A stretch of 60,408 nucleotides of DNA from a virus: IMG/VR virus record IMGVR_UViG_3300045988_104258. One strand, 5' to 3'. The notes beneath the pieces are model-generated. The model had not been told where the DNA came from, did not search any database, and worked only from the letters and a program-made list of their open reading frames with translations. Positions 8,430 to 18,422 of this stretch are shown piece by piece. The first letter of the stretch is position 1. The number at the start of each line of letters is the position of its first letter. Position numbers and translations under genes: made by a program.

Positions 8430-11400
8430 TCAAATCACCCCTCTTTCTGCCAGAATGTTTCTTCCGCCCATGTTAGAATCGATTTTCGGTGCCAGTTCAC
8501 CAACAGTCTTTCCGCTGTCAAGCACAAGTTTCATTTTACTGATCGATTCTGCCATTCGGTCCACGCGATTGCCCAGCTGACTAATTGCGTTTACCACATC
8601 GCTATTGTCCGACTGGGACTTCATAAGGACTCCATTTTGATTTCCGCCAATTCTTTGTGCAAGCTCATTACTGCGATACACACGTTCCGCTGTTTCAGCA
8701 GAAGGCGTATATGCCTGTGTAGCTGCCCAGCTGGTCGGAGATGCATAGTCAGAAAGATTCAGCACCGGCGTAAAAATCGGTTCAGCAGTCTCCTGTCCGG
8801 TTGCAACATCATAGAGCATCTGGGCCGCATTCGTGGCGATGTCAAGTGCAGAGCTGGTCATATCATCCATGGAACGATTCACACCGTCCTCGGTACTGGT
8901 GATGCCATTTGCAAAGCCCTGTCCCATGTAAGCGCCCAGCTCAGCCATAACAGTCGAGGGAGAATGGATACCGAAAATGCTCTTAAAGCCATTCACGATC
9001 CAACTGCCCAAGCCTTTGATACCATTCCAGATGCCAGAGGCTACACTGGTCACACCATTCCAAAGACCCTGACCGATGTTCTTGCCGACTTCCCAGATTT
9101 TCTTGAATACATTGCCGATGCCTTCCACCAAGTTGGACACAAAGTTTCCGATGCCCTCAGCAATATTCTGGAACAGATTCGAGATCCATTCGCCAAAATT
9201 GGCAAACCACTCTTTTACCTTATCCCAGTTTTTGATAAGCGCAAAACCAGCCACACCAATAGCAGCAATCGCCAACATAATTAGTCCGAGTTCTGGTACC
9301 GTTATACCAATAACACCTGCAATGGTTGTCAGAACACCCATAACGGCTTCTCCAACGCCTGCCAATGCACCGCCTTCTCCAAACAGCCCCATAACAACCT
9401 TACCGATACCTGCCAGTAAACCGCCATCCTCAAAAAGTTTACCAATGAAAGATGCAATTTTCGGCATGTATGTCGTAAAGCCGTTCTTAACCGTATCCAT
9501 CAGAGTCTTTCCAAAGTCAGACCCAAGGAAATTCAGTAAGGCACTGATGGTCGAACTGATGGCTGTACCATAATCGCCATTCATGGCTGCTACAACAGCA
9601 GACATCGAAGCGGTAATGGTCTCCGCGGCACCGTCGCGCATATACAAACCAATGAAATTTGAGAGCTTCTGCGCAATTGCCGGATACGACTCCTGCACTT
9701 TGCCCCATGCTTTATTGAATCCGTTCGAGATGGACTTCCAGTTATCAGCAATGGCAATGCCAAGCTGCATGGTAACCTTCTTTGCATCATCACTCATATT
9801 AAGCGCATCAGCAAAAGCTTCCGCATACCCAATAAAGCTATAACGCTCGTCCTGTAGTTCATGGAGAGCTGCCAGTCCATCATCCGTATTCTGCGTTCCG
9901 GCCTGTACATACTCGTTATACTTGTCGTAAGCATTCGTGGTGCGCTTCAGCTGGTAGGACATATTTCGCAGAGCAGCACCCATGTTGATGGTAGAGGTCA
10001 CAACACCATAATCACCATCTTCAAACAGCTTCAGAAGAATGCTCTGCTGGTTGGAATACGTCTTCATCTCCAAAGCATAGCGCTCATTTTGTTTATCGAA
10101 CCTGTCAAGCTCAGCATTGTTCAGGCTGTTCACCAACTGCTGATACTCGATTTGCTCTTTCAAATACCGCGCATATGCCTCTTGGGTCTTACGGCTCTTC
10201 TCACCGAACGCATCCTTGGTTTTCGTGTATTCTTCTTCTGCCGTAGTCAGTGCTTTAGCCTGAATCCCGATTTTCTTGTTGATGAGTTCGATTTGTTTGT
10301 TCGACTTTTCTGCAGCAGTTGCTGTCTTTTCGTACTTGCTGCTCCAGAAGCTGTACTCGTTTTCAGCAGCGCTGCTTTCGTCATCGTACCGGTCAAACAA
10401 ATCGGAATATGTATCTTCGTATTGGCTTTTCTGCAGGTTTTCCAGCGTAGCCTGCTCGTCCATCAGAGTGTTGTAGGCTTCGCGGGTCTTATCATTGTTC
10501 TTGCCCACTCTCTTGAGAAGTTCGTCATATTGCTCCTGCGCAATTTTCACACGACTGGTTTGCCGAGTAATCTTTGTGCCGATATACTCACTTCTTTTCT
10601 GGGCAATTTGCTCATTGGTTGCAATATCGCCCTCGCGGGCTTCCCACAGAGAGTATTCCTTATCGGCCGCTTCCAACAAATATTTGTTGGCTTTCAGCTT
10701 CTTGGAATAGTTCTCGGCAATCTGCTCTGCCAGAGTTTTTCCGGTTTTCTTCGTTGGGCTGGTGCGGCCCGTCGTCGTGGGCTTTGTAGTCGTAGAACCA
10801 GAGCCACCCAGCGTTTTCAGAATATCCTCGGCTGTTGTGGTCGTTCCACCAAACACGCCGCTCAGGGCATCAACAATATTAGTAGCTTTATTCGTGACAT
10901 CAGTCTTGGTTGCATCCATGCCACCAAGAAGGGTCGAACGGATGCCACCATTCAATGCCAAGAGACTGTTCTGCACCCCATCTGTCTGGCTAAAGCCAAC
11001 ACACATGCCTGCCAGAATATTGCTGGCATCTCCCTGAGAAACGGTACTCGGGCTATGAATGCCCCAATAGTCTCTGAACTGGCTATTGATGGTGGAAGAA
11101 ATATTGCCGCACGCTGCCATAATAGCAGCCATACCAGCAGAACCTTCCATTCCCTGTGCCAGGCCCATATCCAGCCAGTAGCCGTTTTCCTCCATCATGG
11201 TGCTAGGGGAATTGATGCCAGCTGTTTCTCTGGTAGCATCCTCTACCGTTTTGGCCAGATTGACGCTACTTTCCCTAACATCCTTCTGGCTGTTATTCAT
11301 GCCTTCTGCCAGTTTATCACCAACAGATTTGCCATACTCGGTAGCATCACGTTCATCTGCTGCTTTGTTGGCTGCTCCGAATAGCCCGTCTAGCAAGCTG

Positions 11401-14400
11401 CCTTCCTTGAACCAATTTGCAGGGTTAAATTTCTCACCAATAAAGCTCGTAATGTTCGCCCACAAACTGCTTAAAGCACCCTTAATGCCGCCTCCTTCGC
11501 CGCCACCGCCATCCCAAGCCCATGCAATCAAGTCGATGATGGTCTGGATTGCTACAGTACCCAGCGTGAACAAAGCCTGTCCAATAGGCTCACTGCACTG
11601 CACGATAACGTTACAAACCGTCACGATAAGCTGAGCCAGTGCATTACCAATACTTGGTGCTGCCTGCGCAATGCCATCGCAAACTGCCGTAATAATAGCC
11701 GCAATAGAAGTTGCAATGGTCCCGGCAATCGTAGCCAGTCCTTTAAAAATACCAGCTACAAATTCAACCAGCAGCCATGCCACAGCCTTGATGTTGGCCA
11801 GGAACACCTGAAAGCTCAGACCATTCAAGGCGCTCAAGCTCTCGCCCAACCGTCCAAAGAAGTCCGCAGCGGTTGTAAGCGCCACCATCGCACCAACACT
11901 AACTGCCAGTGCGCTGATCGCAAGAGAAAGACCAATAACAACAGGTGCTACTGGAGCAAGTAACATTGCCGCAGCTCCAACCACACCGAACGCACCAGCA
12001 ATTGCCAGCAGTCCCGTTCCGATTTGTGCAAGGCTTAAATTGCCAAGTCCTGTCAGAGCCGGAACCAGAAGGTTGATTGCCACAGTCATGGTAGTCAGCG
12101 AAGCCGCTGAACCGAGGGTGCCCTTGGTCAAATTCAGCGCAAGGACGAATTCTGCAAGAGCGCCACCAATTGCAATGAGACTCTTTTTTATGCCCTCTCC
12201 GTCCAAACCGGAAATGGATTTCATGGCTCTGCTGAGAACGACCATGCTACTGGAAAGAATGAGCACGGAAGCCGAGCTGGCAAGCATTTTCTTTGAAAAA
12301 CCTGCAACAATTCCAAATGCTGCAAACTCAGTCAGCGCAGCGCCGACTGCAATCAATCCATTTTGAATCTCGTTCAAATTCATGCTGCCAAACTTTGCAA
12401 CTGCAGACTGAAGAATATTCAGAGCCGTTGCCAGCAGAATAAGCCCGGTTCCCTTCAGAACGCCGAGCTTGTCAAACTTGGATACTGCCAGAAAAGCACC
12501 GAGTTCAACGCAAAGAATGCCGATTCCAACCAGTCCACGTGCCAGTTCTTCCCAGCTCAGTCCGCTCATAGCATTTACAGCGCTCGCCATGATCCGAATA
12601 GCTGTTGCAAAGGCAATCATTCCGGTAGCGCCCTTCATAAACTTACCGCCAGTTTTGGAGAGCACGACCGAAGCCGCAGTAAGCCCGCCCATAATAGAGC
12701 CAAGAGCAACGATGCTCGAAACCAACTTTCCACTGTCAATAGATGCCAGTTTTGCAGCAGCTCCTGCCAGAATGAGGGCGCTCGATGCCATAGCAACCAT
12801 TGCCACTGACATTGCACCAAGCTTAGCGCTTTTCGTTTTTCCGCCAAATTTATCGAGCAGCAAAAATGCACCGACAAGTTCGCCAATTGTTGCAGTAAGT
12901 GCGCCAATCCCGCCAGCCAGTCGCTCTGGCTTGATCATGGATAGCACTGTCAAAGATGCCGCCATAATGGCAACAGCCTTTGCAATTGTCATCATTGTTT
13001 CGGCTTTCTTGGACTGCTTCCATGCATCAATTGCCTCACCAAGGGAGTTGAGCACATCTTTAATAGCATTAACGGTGTTTTTAATGCTTCCAATAACATC
13101 ACCTGCACTGGAAGTCAGCTCTTGCGCTCCCTTCAGGAAGCCCTTAACACCGGCAAGAATACCCACAACTAAGCCACTGTTGATAACATTTGCAAGTTTC
13201 TCGGTGTCAAGACTATTAAAGGCTTCTTTTGCACTTGCGCCAAACTCCTTGAAGATTTTATCCGCTGAAGAGCCAAATGTATAAAGCCCTGGTGCGATAA
13301 AGTTGATGAAAGACATGAACCACTCACCAAGGGTCTTTAACGGGTCGAACACGACAGAGACATTATTCGACACATTGGTCAATACCCCTGCAAAGGCTTG
13401 CATCCCTTCGGACACTTTTCCAATGATCCAGTGGATACCATCGAGAACGGTCTTAAATACGGTAGAATTGTTGACTGCATCGGCCATTTTGACCAAGCAA
13501 TCGCCCAGTGCTGCTGTAATGCTTAAAAAGCCGCCAGCAAGTGGAGATGCAGCATTGAATACTTCTCCAAGAACCTTGCCAACGGCTAAAAGTGCATTTC
13601 TTCCAACATTCAGCACTGCAAAAACGCCACTAAACGTTCGCTCGATTTTATCTGCAGTTTCATCACTGATGCTGAGCTTTGCAGTAAAGCTGTCAATTGC
13701 TTCAGCAATGCTGTAAATCTGTTCGGCATTGACAGGAGAAAACATCTTCTGCCATGCCTTCATCACAGGTTGAACAACTTTTTCGATAGCCTCAAAAATG
13801 TTCCAAATAGACTGAATCAAATGCTCTCGGCCAGAGAGTTCACCAATCTTTTTTGAATATGTATCCAGATTCAAACTGCCGTCAGCAATTTTCTGATTAA
13901 CTTCTTCAAAACTCTTTGCCAGAGCTTTAACCTGCGTCGGGTCAAGCCCCTTTGCCATGAGCTCCTTGTCGCTCAGTTTACTCAGTGCCTGCAACTGCTG
14001 GGTCGATTCATCCAATCCATTTTGAAGCTGCTCCGCAGAAACACCGCCCTGCTGCAAAGCCTTGGCAAAACTACCGGCATCATCGATCTGTTTTTGGCTG
14101 ATAGAACCATTTGCAAGCATGACCTTTTCCAGCATCTGACTATAAAAGTCAGCACTGTCGCCCAGTGCGGTGCGCAACTGCTGCCAGCCACTGTTCAGAC
14201 CGCCCTCCAGCACCGTATTACGGGCTTCGGACGACTTGTTGATCAGGTCTGAAAACACATCACTGAACTTTGTAAAAAGCTCCTTTGCCTCTTCAAAGTC
14301 ACCGATAACAGTCTGCCAAGTCTGGGTCCAGCCGGACTGCAATGCCTCTGCCAAGGTATCTTTCAGCTGACTGAAAGTTTTAACCTTCGTTGCAGCATCG

Positions 14401-15317
14401 TTTGCAGTCTTGCCCATCTCCATGATTTTCTTGATTTGCTCATCGGTATAGCCGATGGATTTCAAGGTTTCCTCATTGAGATCGCCGGTGAATTTCTGAA
14501 GCGTCTCGGTCAGAATAGAAGAAGTCAGCCATCCCTTGGACAAGGTTTCGCGGAAGGAGCCTTCTTTTGCAATCATGCTGTCAATAGCAACACCATGCAC
14601 ACGAGCCGTTTCTTTCAGCGCGTCTTGGAATACCTGACCGCCCATGCCTGCGTTGACCACAGAGTTCCAGTCCTGCAACTTCACAGTACCAGAAGCCAGT
14701 GCCTGAGAAAGCTGGTACATGGCGGTACTAGCCTGCTGGCTGGTCGAACCAGATACAGCTGCAAGGTTTGCAATACCCTTGATGGCTGCAACAGATGTAT
14801 CCAAATCAACACCTGCTGCTGTAAATGTACCAATATTACGGGTCATTTCCGTAAAATTGTAAATTGTCAGGTCAGCATAATGATTCAGCTCATCCAGTGC
14901 AGCATTGACCTGATCCAACGTCGTACCTTTGCTCGATGTGTTCGCCAAAATCGTCTGAACCGCATTGATCTGGGTTTCGTATTCCTGAAAGCCACTAATG
15001 ATGGGGTCAAGCGACAGAGCCTTTACGAGTCGTTCTCCGGTCGCGATGGCTTTGTTGGTAATGTTGGTCAGTGCCGTAACTGCAATTACATTAACGGCCG
15101 AAAACTTGCTCTCGATAGATTCCAGCGCTTTGGTCATTTCCGAAAAATCGACCTTTTGGGAGGCAGAGCTAATGCGCTCAAACCCTTTTTCTACGCCTTT
15201 GAACTGAAGTGACTGCTTCAGCTTTTCTAAGGTGCCCATGGTCTGTCGGGTGCCTCTCTCGAATTGCGCATTGTCAAATTGCATTTGAACAACACGCTCA
15301 TCGACTTCCCTGCTCAT
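8430..15317 (-). CDS. Tail tape measure protein (about 2295 aa)
   Basis: Very long helical/hydrophobic ORF, three (G)I(H/N)SPST motifs, sits between the chaperones and Dit; start taken at MSREV with SD GGAGG. Confidence 0.85.
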   Translation of the reverse strand: MSREVDERVVQMQFDNAQFERGTRQTMGTLEKLKQSLQFKGVEKGFERISSASQKVDFSEMTKALESIESKFSAVNVIAVTALTNITNKAIATGERLVKALSLDPIISGFQEYETQINAVQTILANTSSKGTTLDQVNAALDELNHYADLTIYNFTEMTRNIGTFTAAGVDLDTSVAAIKGIANLAAVSGSTSQQASTAMYQLSQALASGTVKLQDWNSVVNAGMGGQVFQDALKETARVHGVAIDSMIAKEGSFRETLSKGWLTSSILTETLQKFTGDLNEETLKSIGYTDEQIKKIMEMGKTANDAATKVKTFSQLKDTLAEALQSGWTQTWQTVIGDFEEAKELFTKFSDVFSDLINKSSEARNTVLEGGLNSGWQQLRTALGDSADFYSQMLEKVMLANGSISQKQIDDAGSFAKALQQGGVSAEQLQNGLDESTQQLQALSKLSDKELMAKGLDPTQVKALAKSFEEVNQKIADGSLNLDTYSKKIGELSGREHLIQSIWNIFEAIEKVVQPVMKAWQKMFSPVNAEQIYSIAEAIDSFTAKLSISDETADKIERTFSGVFAVLNVGRNALLAVGKVLGEVFNAASPLAGGFLSITAALGDCLVKMADAVNNSTVFKTVLDGIHWIIGKVSEGMQAFAGVLTNVSNNVSVVFDPLKTLGEWFMSFINFIAPGLYTFGSSADKIFKEFGASAKEAFNSLDTEKLANVINSGLVVGILAGVKGFLKGAQELTSSAGDVIGSIKNTVNAIKDVLNSLGEAIDAWKQSKKAETMMTIAKAVAIMAASLTVLSMIKPERLAGGIGALTATIGELVGAFLLLDKFGGKTKSAKLGAMSVAMVAMASSALILAGAAAKLASIDSGKLVSSIVALGSIMGGLTAASVVLSKTGGKFMKGATGMIAFATAIRIMASAVNAMSGLSWEELARGLVGIGILCVELGAFLAVSKFDKLGVLKGTGLILLATALNILQSAVAKFGSMNLNEIQNGLIAVGAALTEFAAFGIVAGFSKKMLASSASVLILSSSMVVLSRAMKSISGLDGEGIKKSLIAIGGALAEFVLALNLTKGTLGSAASLTTMTVAINLLVPALTGLGNLSLAQIGTGLLAIAGAFGVVGAAAMLLAPVAPVVIGLSLAISALAVSVGAMVALTTAADFFGRLGESLSALNGLSFQVFLANIKAVAWLLVEFVAGIFKGLATIAGTIATSIAAIITAVCDGIAQAAPSIGNALAQLIVTVCNVIVQCSEPIGQALFTLGTVAIQTIIDLIAWAWDGGGGEGGGIKGALSSLWANITSFIGEKFNPANWFKEGSLLDGLFGAANKAADERDATEYGKSVGDKLAEGMNNSQKDVRESSVNLAKTVEDATRETAGINSPSTMMEENGYWLDMGLAQGMEGSAGMAAIMAACGNISSTINSQFRDYWGIHSPSTVSQGDASNILAGMCVGFSQTDGVQNSLLALNGGIRSTLLGGMDATKTDVTNKATNIVDALSGVFGGTTTTAEDILKTLGGSGSTTTKPTTTGRTSPTKKTGKTLAEQIAENYSKKLKANKYLLEAADKEYSLWEAREGDIATNEQIAQKRSEYIGTKITRQTSRVKIAQEQYDELLKRVGKNNDKTREAYNTLMDEQATLENLQKSQYEDTYSDLFDRYDDESSAAENEYSFWSSKYEKTATAAEKSNKQIELINKKIGIQAKALTTAEEEYTKTKDAFGEKSRKTQEAYARYLKEQIEYQQLVNSLNNAELDRFDKQNERYALEMKTYSNQQSILLKLFEDGDYGVVTSTINMGAALRNMSYQLKRTTNAYDKYNEYVQAGTQNTDDGLAALHELQDERYSFIGYAEAFADALNMSDDAKKVTMQLGIAIADNWKSISNGFNKAWGKVQESYPAIAQKLSNFIGLYMRDGAAETITASMSAVVAAMNGDYGTAISSTISALLNFLGSDFGKTLMDTVKNGFTTYMPKIASFIGKLFEDGGLLAGIGKVVMGLFGEGGALAGVGEAVMGVLTTIAGVIGITVPELGLIMLAIAAIGVAGFALIKNWDKVKEWFANFGEWISNLFQNIAEGIGNFVSNLVEGIGNVFKKIWEVGKNIGQGLWNGVTSVASGIWNGIKGLGSWIVNGFKSIFGIHSPSTVMAELGAYMGQGFANGITSTEDGVNRSMDDMTSSALDIATNAAQMLYDVATGQETAEPIFTPVLNLSDYASPTSWAATQAYTPSAETAERVYRSNELAQRIGGNQNGVLMKSQSDNSDVVNAISQLGNRVDRMAESISKMKLVLDSGKTVGELAPKIDSNMGGRNILAERGVI

Positions 15318-15700
15318 TCTCTCTTTACCTCCTCCCATGCTCGCTGAGCGATTTTATCGAAAATCGGCTTCATCGCCGGATTGATATAGTCTGTTCCCTG
15401 CACATACCCGCCGTTTCGGGTGCCATGTCCGTATTGCAGAATTACCGCAATGGGTACACCGTCCACAATGTTCGAGTTCGACCATGTTATGGTGATAGAG
15501 CCCGTCCCCTTATGAACGGTATAACTCCAGCTGTTTGCAGTTGTTCCGGTGTCCTTCGGCGTTGCCGCACGCAATGCTTCCACACCTTCCTGACCATACT
15601 GATTCAGGATTGCATCCAAATTCAGTCTGTTGGCTCGTTTCAAAAAATCGCTCGTTCGCCTGAAATTGCCTTTTTGTCGAAACATCACCACTTTTGGCAT
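15314..15700 (-). CDS. HK97 gp10-like tail component
   Basis: 128 aa; ..ATPKDTGTTANSWSY...., ILQYGHGTRNGGYVQG pattern of the gp10 family. Confidence 0.5.
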   Translation of the reverse strand: MPKVVMFRQKGNFRRTSDFLKRANRLNLDAILNQYGQEGVEALRAATPKDTGTTANSWSYTVHKGTGSITITWSNSNIVDGVPIAVILQYGHGTRNGGYVQGTDYINPAMKPIFDKIAQRAWEEVKRE

Positions 15701-15703
15701 CGT

Positions 15704-16291
15704 TTATCCCCTCGTACCAAATTCCTTCAGGCGTTTTTCATTCAATGCACGCTGTCTGCTAAGAGCCTCGCTTTTGCTCATCTTCTTAGGCGGCTTCCGT
15801 TCCTCGTTGCAAACTCGAATCAACGTGAATAGACGGTTAAGATGCCACTTTTCGCATTCCAAGGGAATGTGGGCGGCAAACATACGCGCATAAATTGCCT
15901 CGCTTGTTAAGGCTTTTACTTTCACCTTAATCTTAGGGCGAGGCTTACTCTTCTGCGGTATTCTGGGCTCGCACGGTTTTGGCTCACCCGGAAACCAGGT
16001 TGCCGTCATCGGTTCGTCCATATATTTGTAAATGGCTGCCATGTTCGATTCTGTCAGTCGAAGATACACGCTCGGCTCAACACCTTGCGTAACCGTCATG
16101 CACCGAACATAATCGACCATCTGTTCCCTTGTCAGTGAATCGTTACCGAAAAAAGGAACATGCCACTTCATTTCCCATTTAGACAGGGAGACAAGCGAAT
16201 GCTCTAACCGGAGCGTTACAGCGTTCAGCTGCACGAATTCCTGCGTTCGTGCATCCCAATATTCCTGTTTAGGAATTGTGATTTTCAGCAT
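15704..16291 (-). CDS. Gp15-like tail assembly protein
   Basis: 195 aa between the chaperone and the TMP region; has its own SD GGGAGG. Confidence 0.4.
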   Translation of the reverse strand: MLKITIPKQEYWDARTQEFVQLNAVTLRLEHSLVSLSKWEMKWHVPFFGNDSLTREQMVDYVRCMTVTQGVEPSVYLRLTESNMAAIYKYMDEPMTATWFPGEPKPCEPRIPQKSKPRPKIKVKVKALTSEAIYARMFAAHIPLECEKWHLNRLFTLIRVCNEERKPPKKMSKSEALSRQRALNEKRLKEFGTRG

Positions 16292-16319
16292 TCTGCCTGC
16301 CTCCCTGTGCTGTTAAATG

Positions 16320-16742
16320 TTAGCCGTTAGGCAGTGCGATAGGCGCATTGCCTGCGATCTGAGGTGCGGGTTCAGCCTTCGTAGGCTTGGTATCGCACAG
16401 ACCATTGATAAAGGCAATTGCCTTCTCCGTATTGGTGACAAGCGACATATAGAAATCGCTATAGGCCTGAGTAGCCTCGAAATCTGCAAAGATCTCCGGG
16501 CTCTTCTCAAAGCGACGGCCGTCCTCGCTCTTCTTGCCGTAGGAAATGCGCAGAACATCCTGGAACAGCTTAACCAACTCCAGCTGGCTCTTGGCGTTCA
16601 CGATCTTCTTGATGTACGCCTCCATGCCGCCCTCCTTGGAAAGCGACAGGTTCAGCACTTCTGCCTCAGTCAGATTGAAATAGAAGTCTTCGGTACGCTC
16701 GGTACCGCCAAAGTCCACATAGGTCAGAGTTTCGGTAATCAT
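16320..16742 (-). CDS. Tail assembly chaperone
   Basis: 140 aa, acidic, directly downstream of the major tail gene. Confidence 0.5.
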   Translation of the reverse strand: MITETLTYVDFGGTERTEDFYFNLTEAEVLNLSLSKEGGMEAYIKKIVNAKSQLELVKLFQDVLRISYGKKSEDGRRFEKSPEIFADFEATQAYSDFYMSLVTNTEKAIAFINGLCDTKPTKAEPAPQIAGNAPIALPNG

Positions 16743-16783
16743 TTTTCTTTCTCCTTTACAAAGTCGATTCCATTTTGAATGGA

Positions 16784-17431
16784 TCAGGTGGTCATCAGCT
16801 TGATAACCTCATCCGGCAGCGGCAGATACGGGGTGGTGTTGGCAGTGCCGTACAGAATGTTCAGCAGCTTCTCCATCTTGGCCTGAGGCACCTTGGTGCT
16901 ATCCAGCTCCATATGGGCGGTGGGCTTATAGCCAGTCACCTTGACAGGAGTGGTATCGCAGTCCCAGCTGAAGGTCTCAGCGTCCGGGCTGTCATTGTAG
17001 GACTCGTGGCTGCGTTCAGAAGGAGATGCAGTTGCGCCCCACACCAGATGCAGGGTAAAGCCCAGTTCATCATCTTCATCGCTGCCAATGAGGGTCTGCC
17101 AGGTCAGACCAAAGGGTTTACGCTTCTGCTGGCTGATGGTCACGCCAGGAGCCACCTCCGCGCTGCCGTCGCACTCGCCGAACTCAGGCGGATAGAAGTA
17201 GGCCTCCGGGGTGAAGTTATACTTCTCGCCTGCACGGATGCTGCCGTACTTGATGTTATCGGCCCACAGGTCGGTAGCATCAGCGCCATCCGGGCTCTCC
17301 TTGATTGCGGTAATGCCGTTCCACGCCACACCCTTGGGGTAAGCGCCCTTGTCCTGCTTATACAGAGCAACATTGCTAACACCCAGCTGGTACTTGCGCT
17401 CGCCGGTCTTATCCCATTCGATTTTTGCCAT
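16784..17431 (-). CDS. Major tail protein
   Basis: 215 aa; MAKIEWDKTGERKYQLGVSNVALY... typical N-terminus; position. Confidence 0.65.
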   Translation of the reverse strand: MAKIEWDKTGERKYQLGVSNVALYKQDKGAYPKGVAWNGITAIKESPDGADATDLWADNIKYGSIRAGEKYNFTPEAYFYPPEFGECDGSAEVAPGVTISQQKRKPFGLTWQTLIGSDEDDELGFTLHLVWGATASPSERSHESYNDSPDAETFSWDCDTTPVKVTGYKPTAHMELDSTKVPQAKMEKLLNILYGTANTTPYLPLPDEVIKLMTT

Positions 17432-17447
17432 TCGAGTTTCCTCCTTT

Positions 17448-17768
17448 TTAGAAATAGATCGTTATAACGTCGTGGTACAGATTATCAGCCTTGTACGGCC
17501 GGTCATAGTGGCACTTAGCCATTTGCATAAGTGCTTTCGTTATTTTGGAATCCGGTCGTGAATCGATGACTGTCAGCTGATAAAAAATCCGCTGCAAATA
17601 AACTCTGTTATCGGCAGCGGCATTCTGTATTTTGGATTGTTCATAGCAGATACATGGGTAACTCATTCGCAGATTTGCCGGGGGTTGGTAGTACACATTC
17701 TCTTTACCACACGCATCTTTTACGATTTGGCGCAAAATAGCGTCAAGTTTCTGCCGGGGTTCCGCCAT
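17448..17768 (-). CDS. Tail completion / head-tail joining protein (position-based)
   Basis: 106-aa ORF upstream of the major tail gene. Confidence 0.35.
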   Translation of the reverse strand: MAEPRQKLDAILRQIVKDACGKENVYYQPPANLRMSYPCICYEQSKIQNAAADNRVYLQRIFYQLTVIDSRPDSKITKALMQMAKCHYDRPYKADNLYHDVITIYF

Positions 17769-18075
17769 TGTACAGTCCTCCCAGGGTAAGTGTCAGCCGC
17801 GGATAGTCGATCTGCACTTCTGTCACTTTCCATCTAGCACCCATAATCTCTGCATATTTAATGGAGTCAAAGTGCTTGTACAACGTCGGGTCGGCCAAAA
17901 TGCTCAAAGTATTTGCGATGGTTAGGTCGTCATTTACTTTGTCGGCAGTCTGGACACGTCGGGTATTCTTTAAAAGCTCGCCATAGCAATCATGCTCGGT
18001 CGCTTTTTCTTCAAAGATGCTCGGCTCCGTTTCAACTGTCTGCACCAGACCGATTTTTCCAAACCACTTGCTCAT
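17743..18075 (-). CDS. Head-tail adaptor / head closure protein (position-based)
   Basis: 110-aa ORF in the connector region. Confidence 0.35.
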   Translation of the reverse strand: MSKWFGKIGLVQTVETEPSIFEEKATEHDCYGELLKNTRRVQTADKVNDDLTIANTLSILADPTLYKHFDSIKYAEIMGARWKVTEVQIDYPRLTLTLGGLYNGGTPAET

Positions 18076-18129
18076 AGCATTTCACTCCATTTTGAAGTTA
18101 GATTATACTAACTTGATTTGCAAAAGAAA

Positions 18130-18405
18130 TCAGGCCGTTGCGGAAGCTGCCCATGCCTGGGTCTTCACAGTCTCGCCTGCGGTCACGGTCACAACGCCGG
18201 TGGTACCAAAGGCAACGGGCAGCAGGTAGTTTGCGCCCTCGACGATGATCAGGCGGCCCTTCTGGAACGCATCCTTAATCTCAGCCTCGGTCACGGTCTT
18301 CTTGAACGCTGCATCAGCGTACAGCTTGTGGTCTGCAGTCTTGCCGTAGGCCATGTAGTTTGCAACATGCAGGTCATTACCCTGCTCATAGAGCTTGTTC
18401 AGCAT
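18130..18405 (-). CDS. Hypothetical head-module protein
   Basis: 91-aa ORF directly after the capsid gene. Confidence 0.35.
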   Translation of the reverse strand: MLNKLYEQGNDLHVANYMAYGKTADHKLYADAAFKKTVTEAEIKDAFQKGRLIIVEGANYLLPVAFGTTGVVTVTAGETVKTQAWAASATA

Positions 18406-18422
18406 ATCGTTTTACCTCCTTA

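Noticed and set aside
8028-11384. Long plus-strand ORFs (8028..9284, 9861..11384; likewise 18360..20417, 20218..21885, 4290..5327)
   Set aside because: They lie antisense to much longer, motif-bearing minus-strand structural genes. They have low-complexity or odd composition, no SD-linked starts, and no recognisable motifs. They are treated as shadow ORFs.
15704-16742. Programmed -1 frameshift joining the two tail-chaperone ORFs (G/GT type)
   Set aside because: The ORFs are separated by a 28-nt gap, the second has its own SD (GGGAGG) and ATG, and I found no overlapping frame or slippery heptamer at the end of the first ORF.
18076-18129. Internal promoter with a perfect TATAAT (rc of 18100..18105) ahead of the tail genes
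   Set aside because: The only TTGCAA upstream is 10 nt away, no properly spaced -35 or extended -10 element exists, and an isolated TATAAT in AT-rich spacer DNA is weak evidence.
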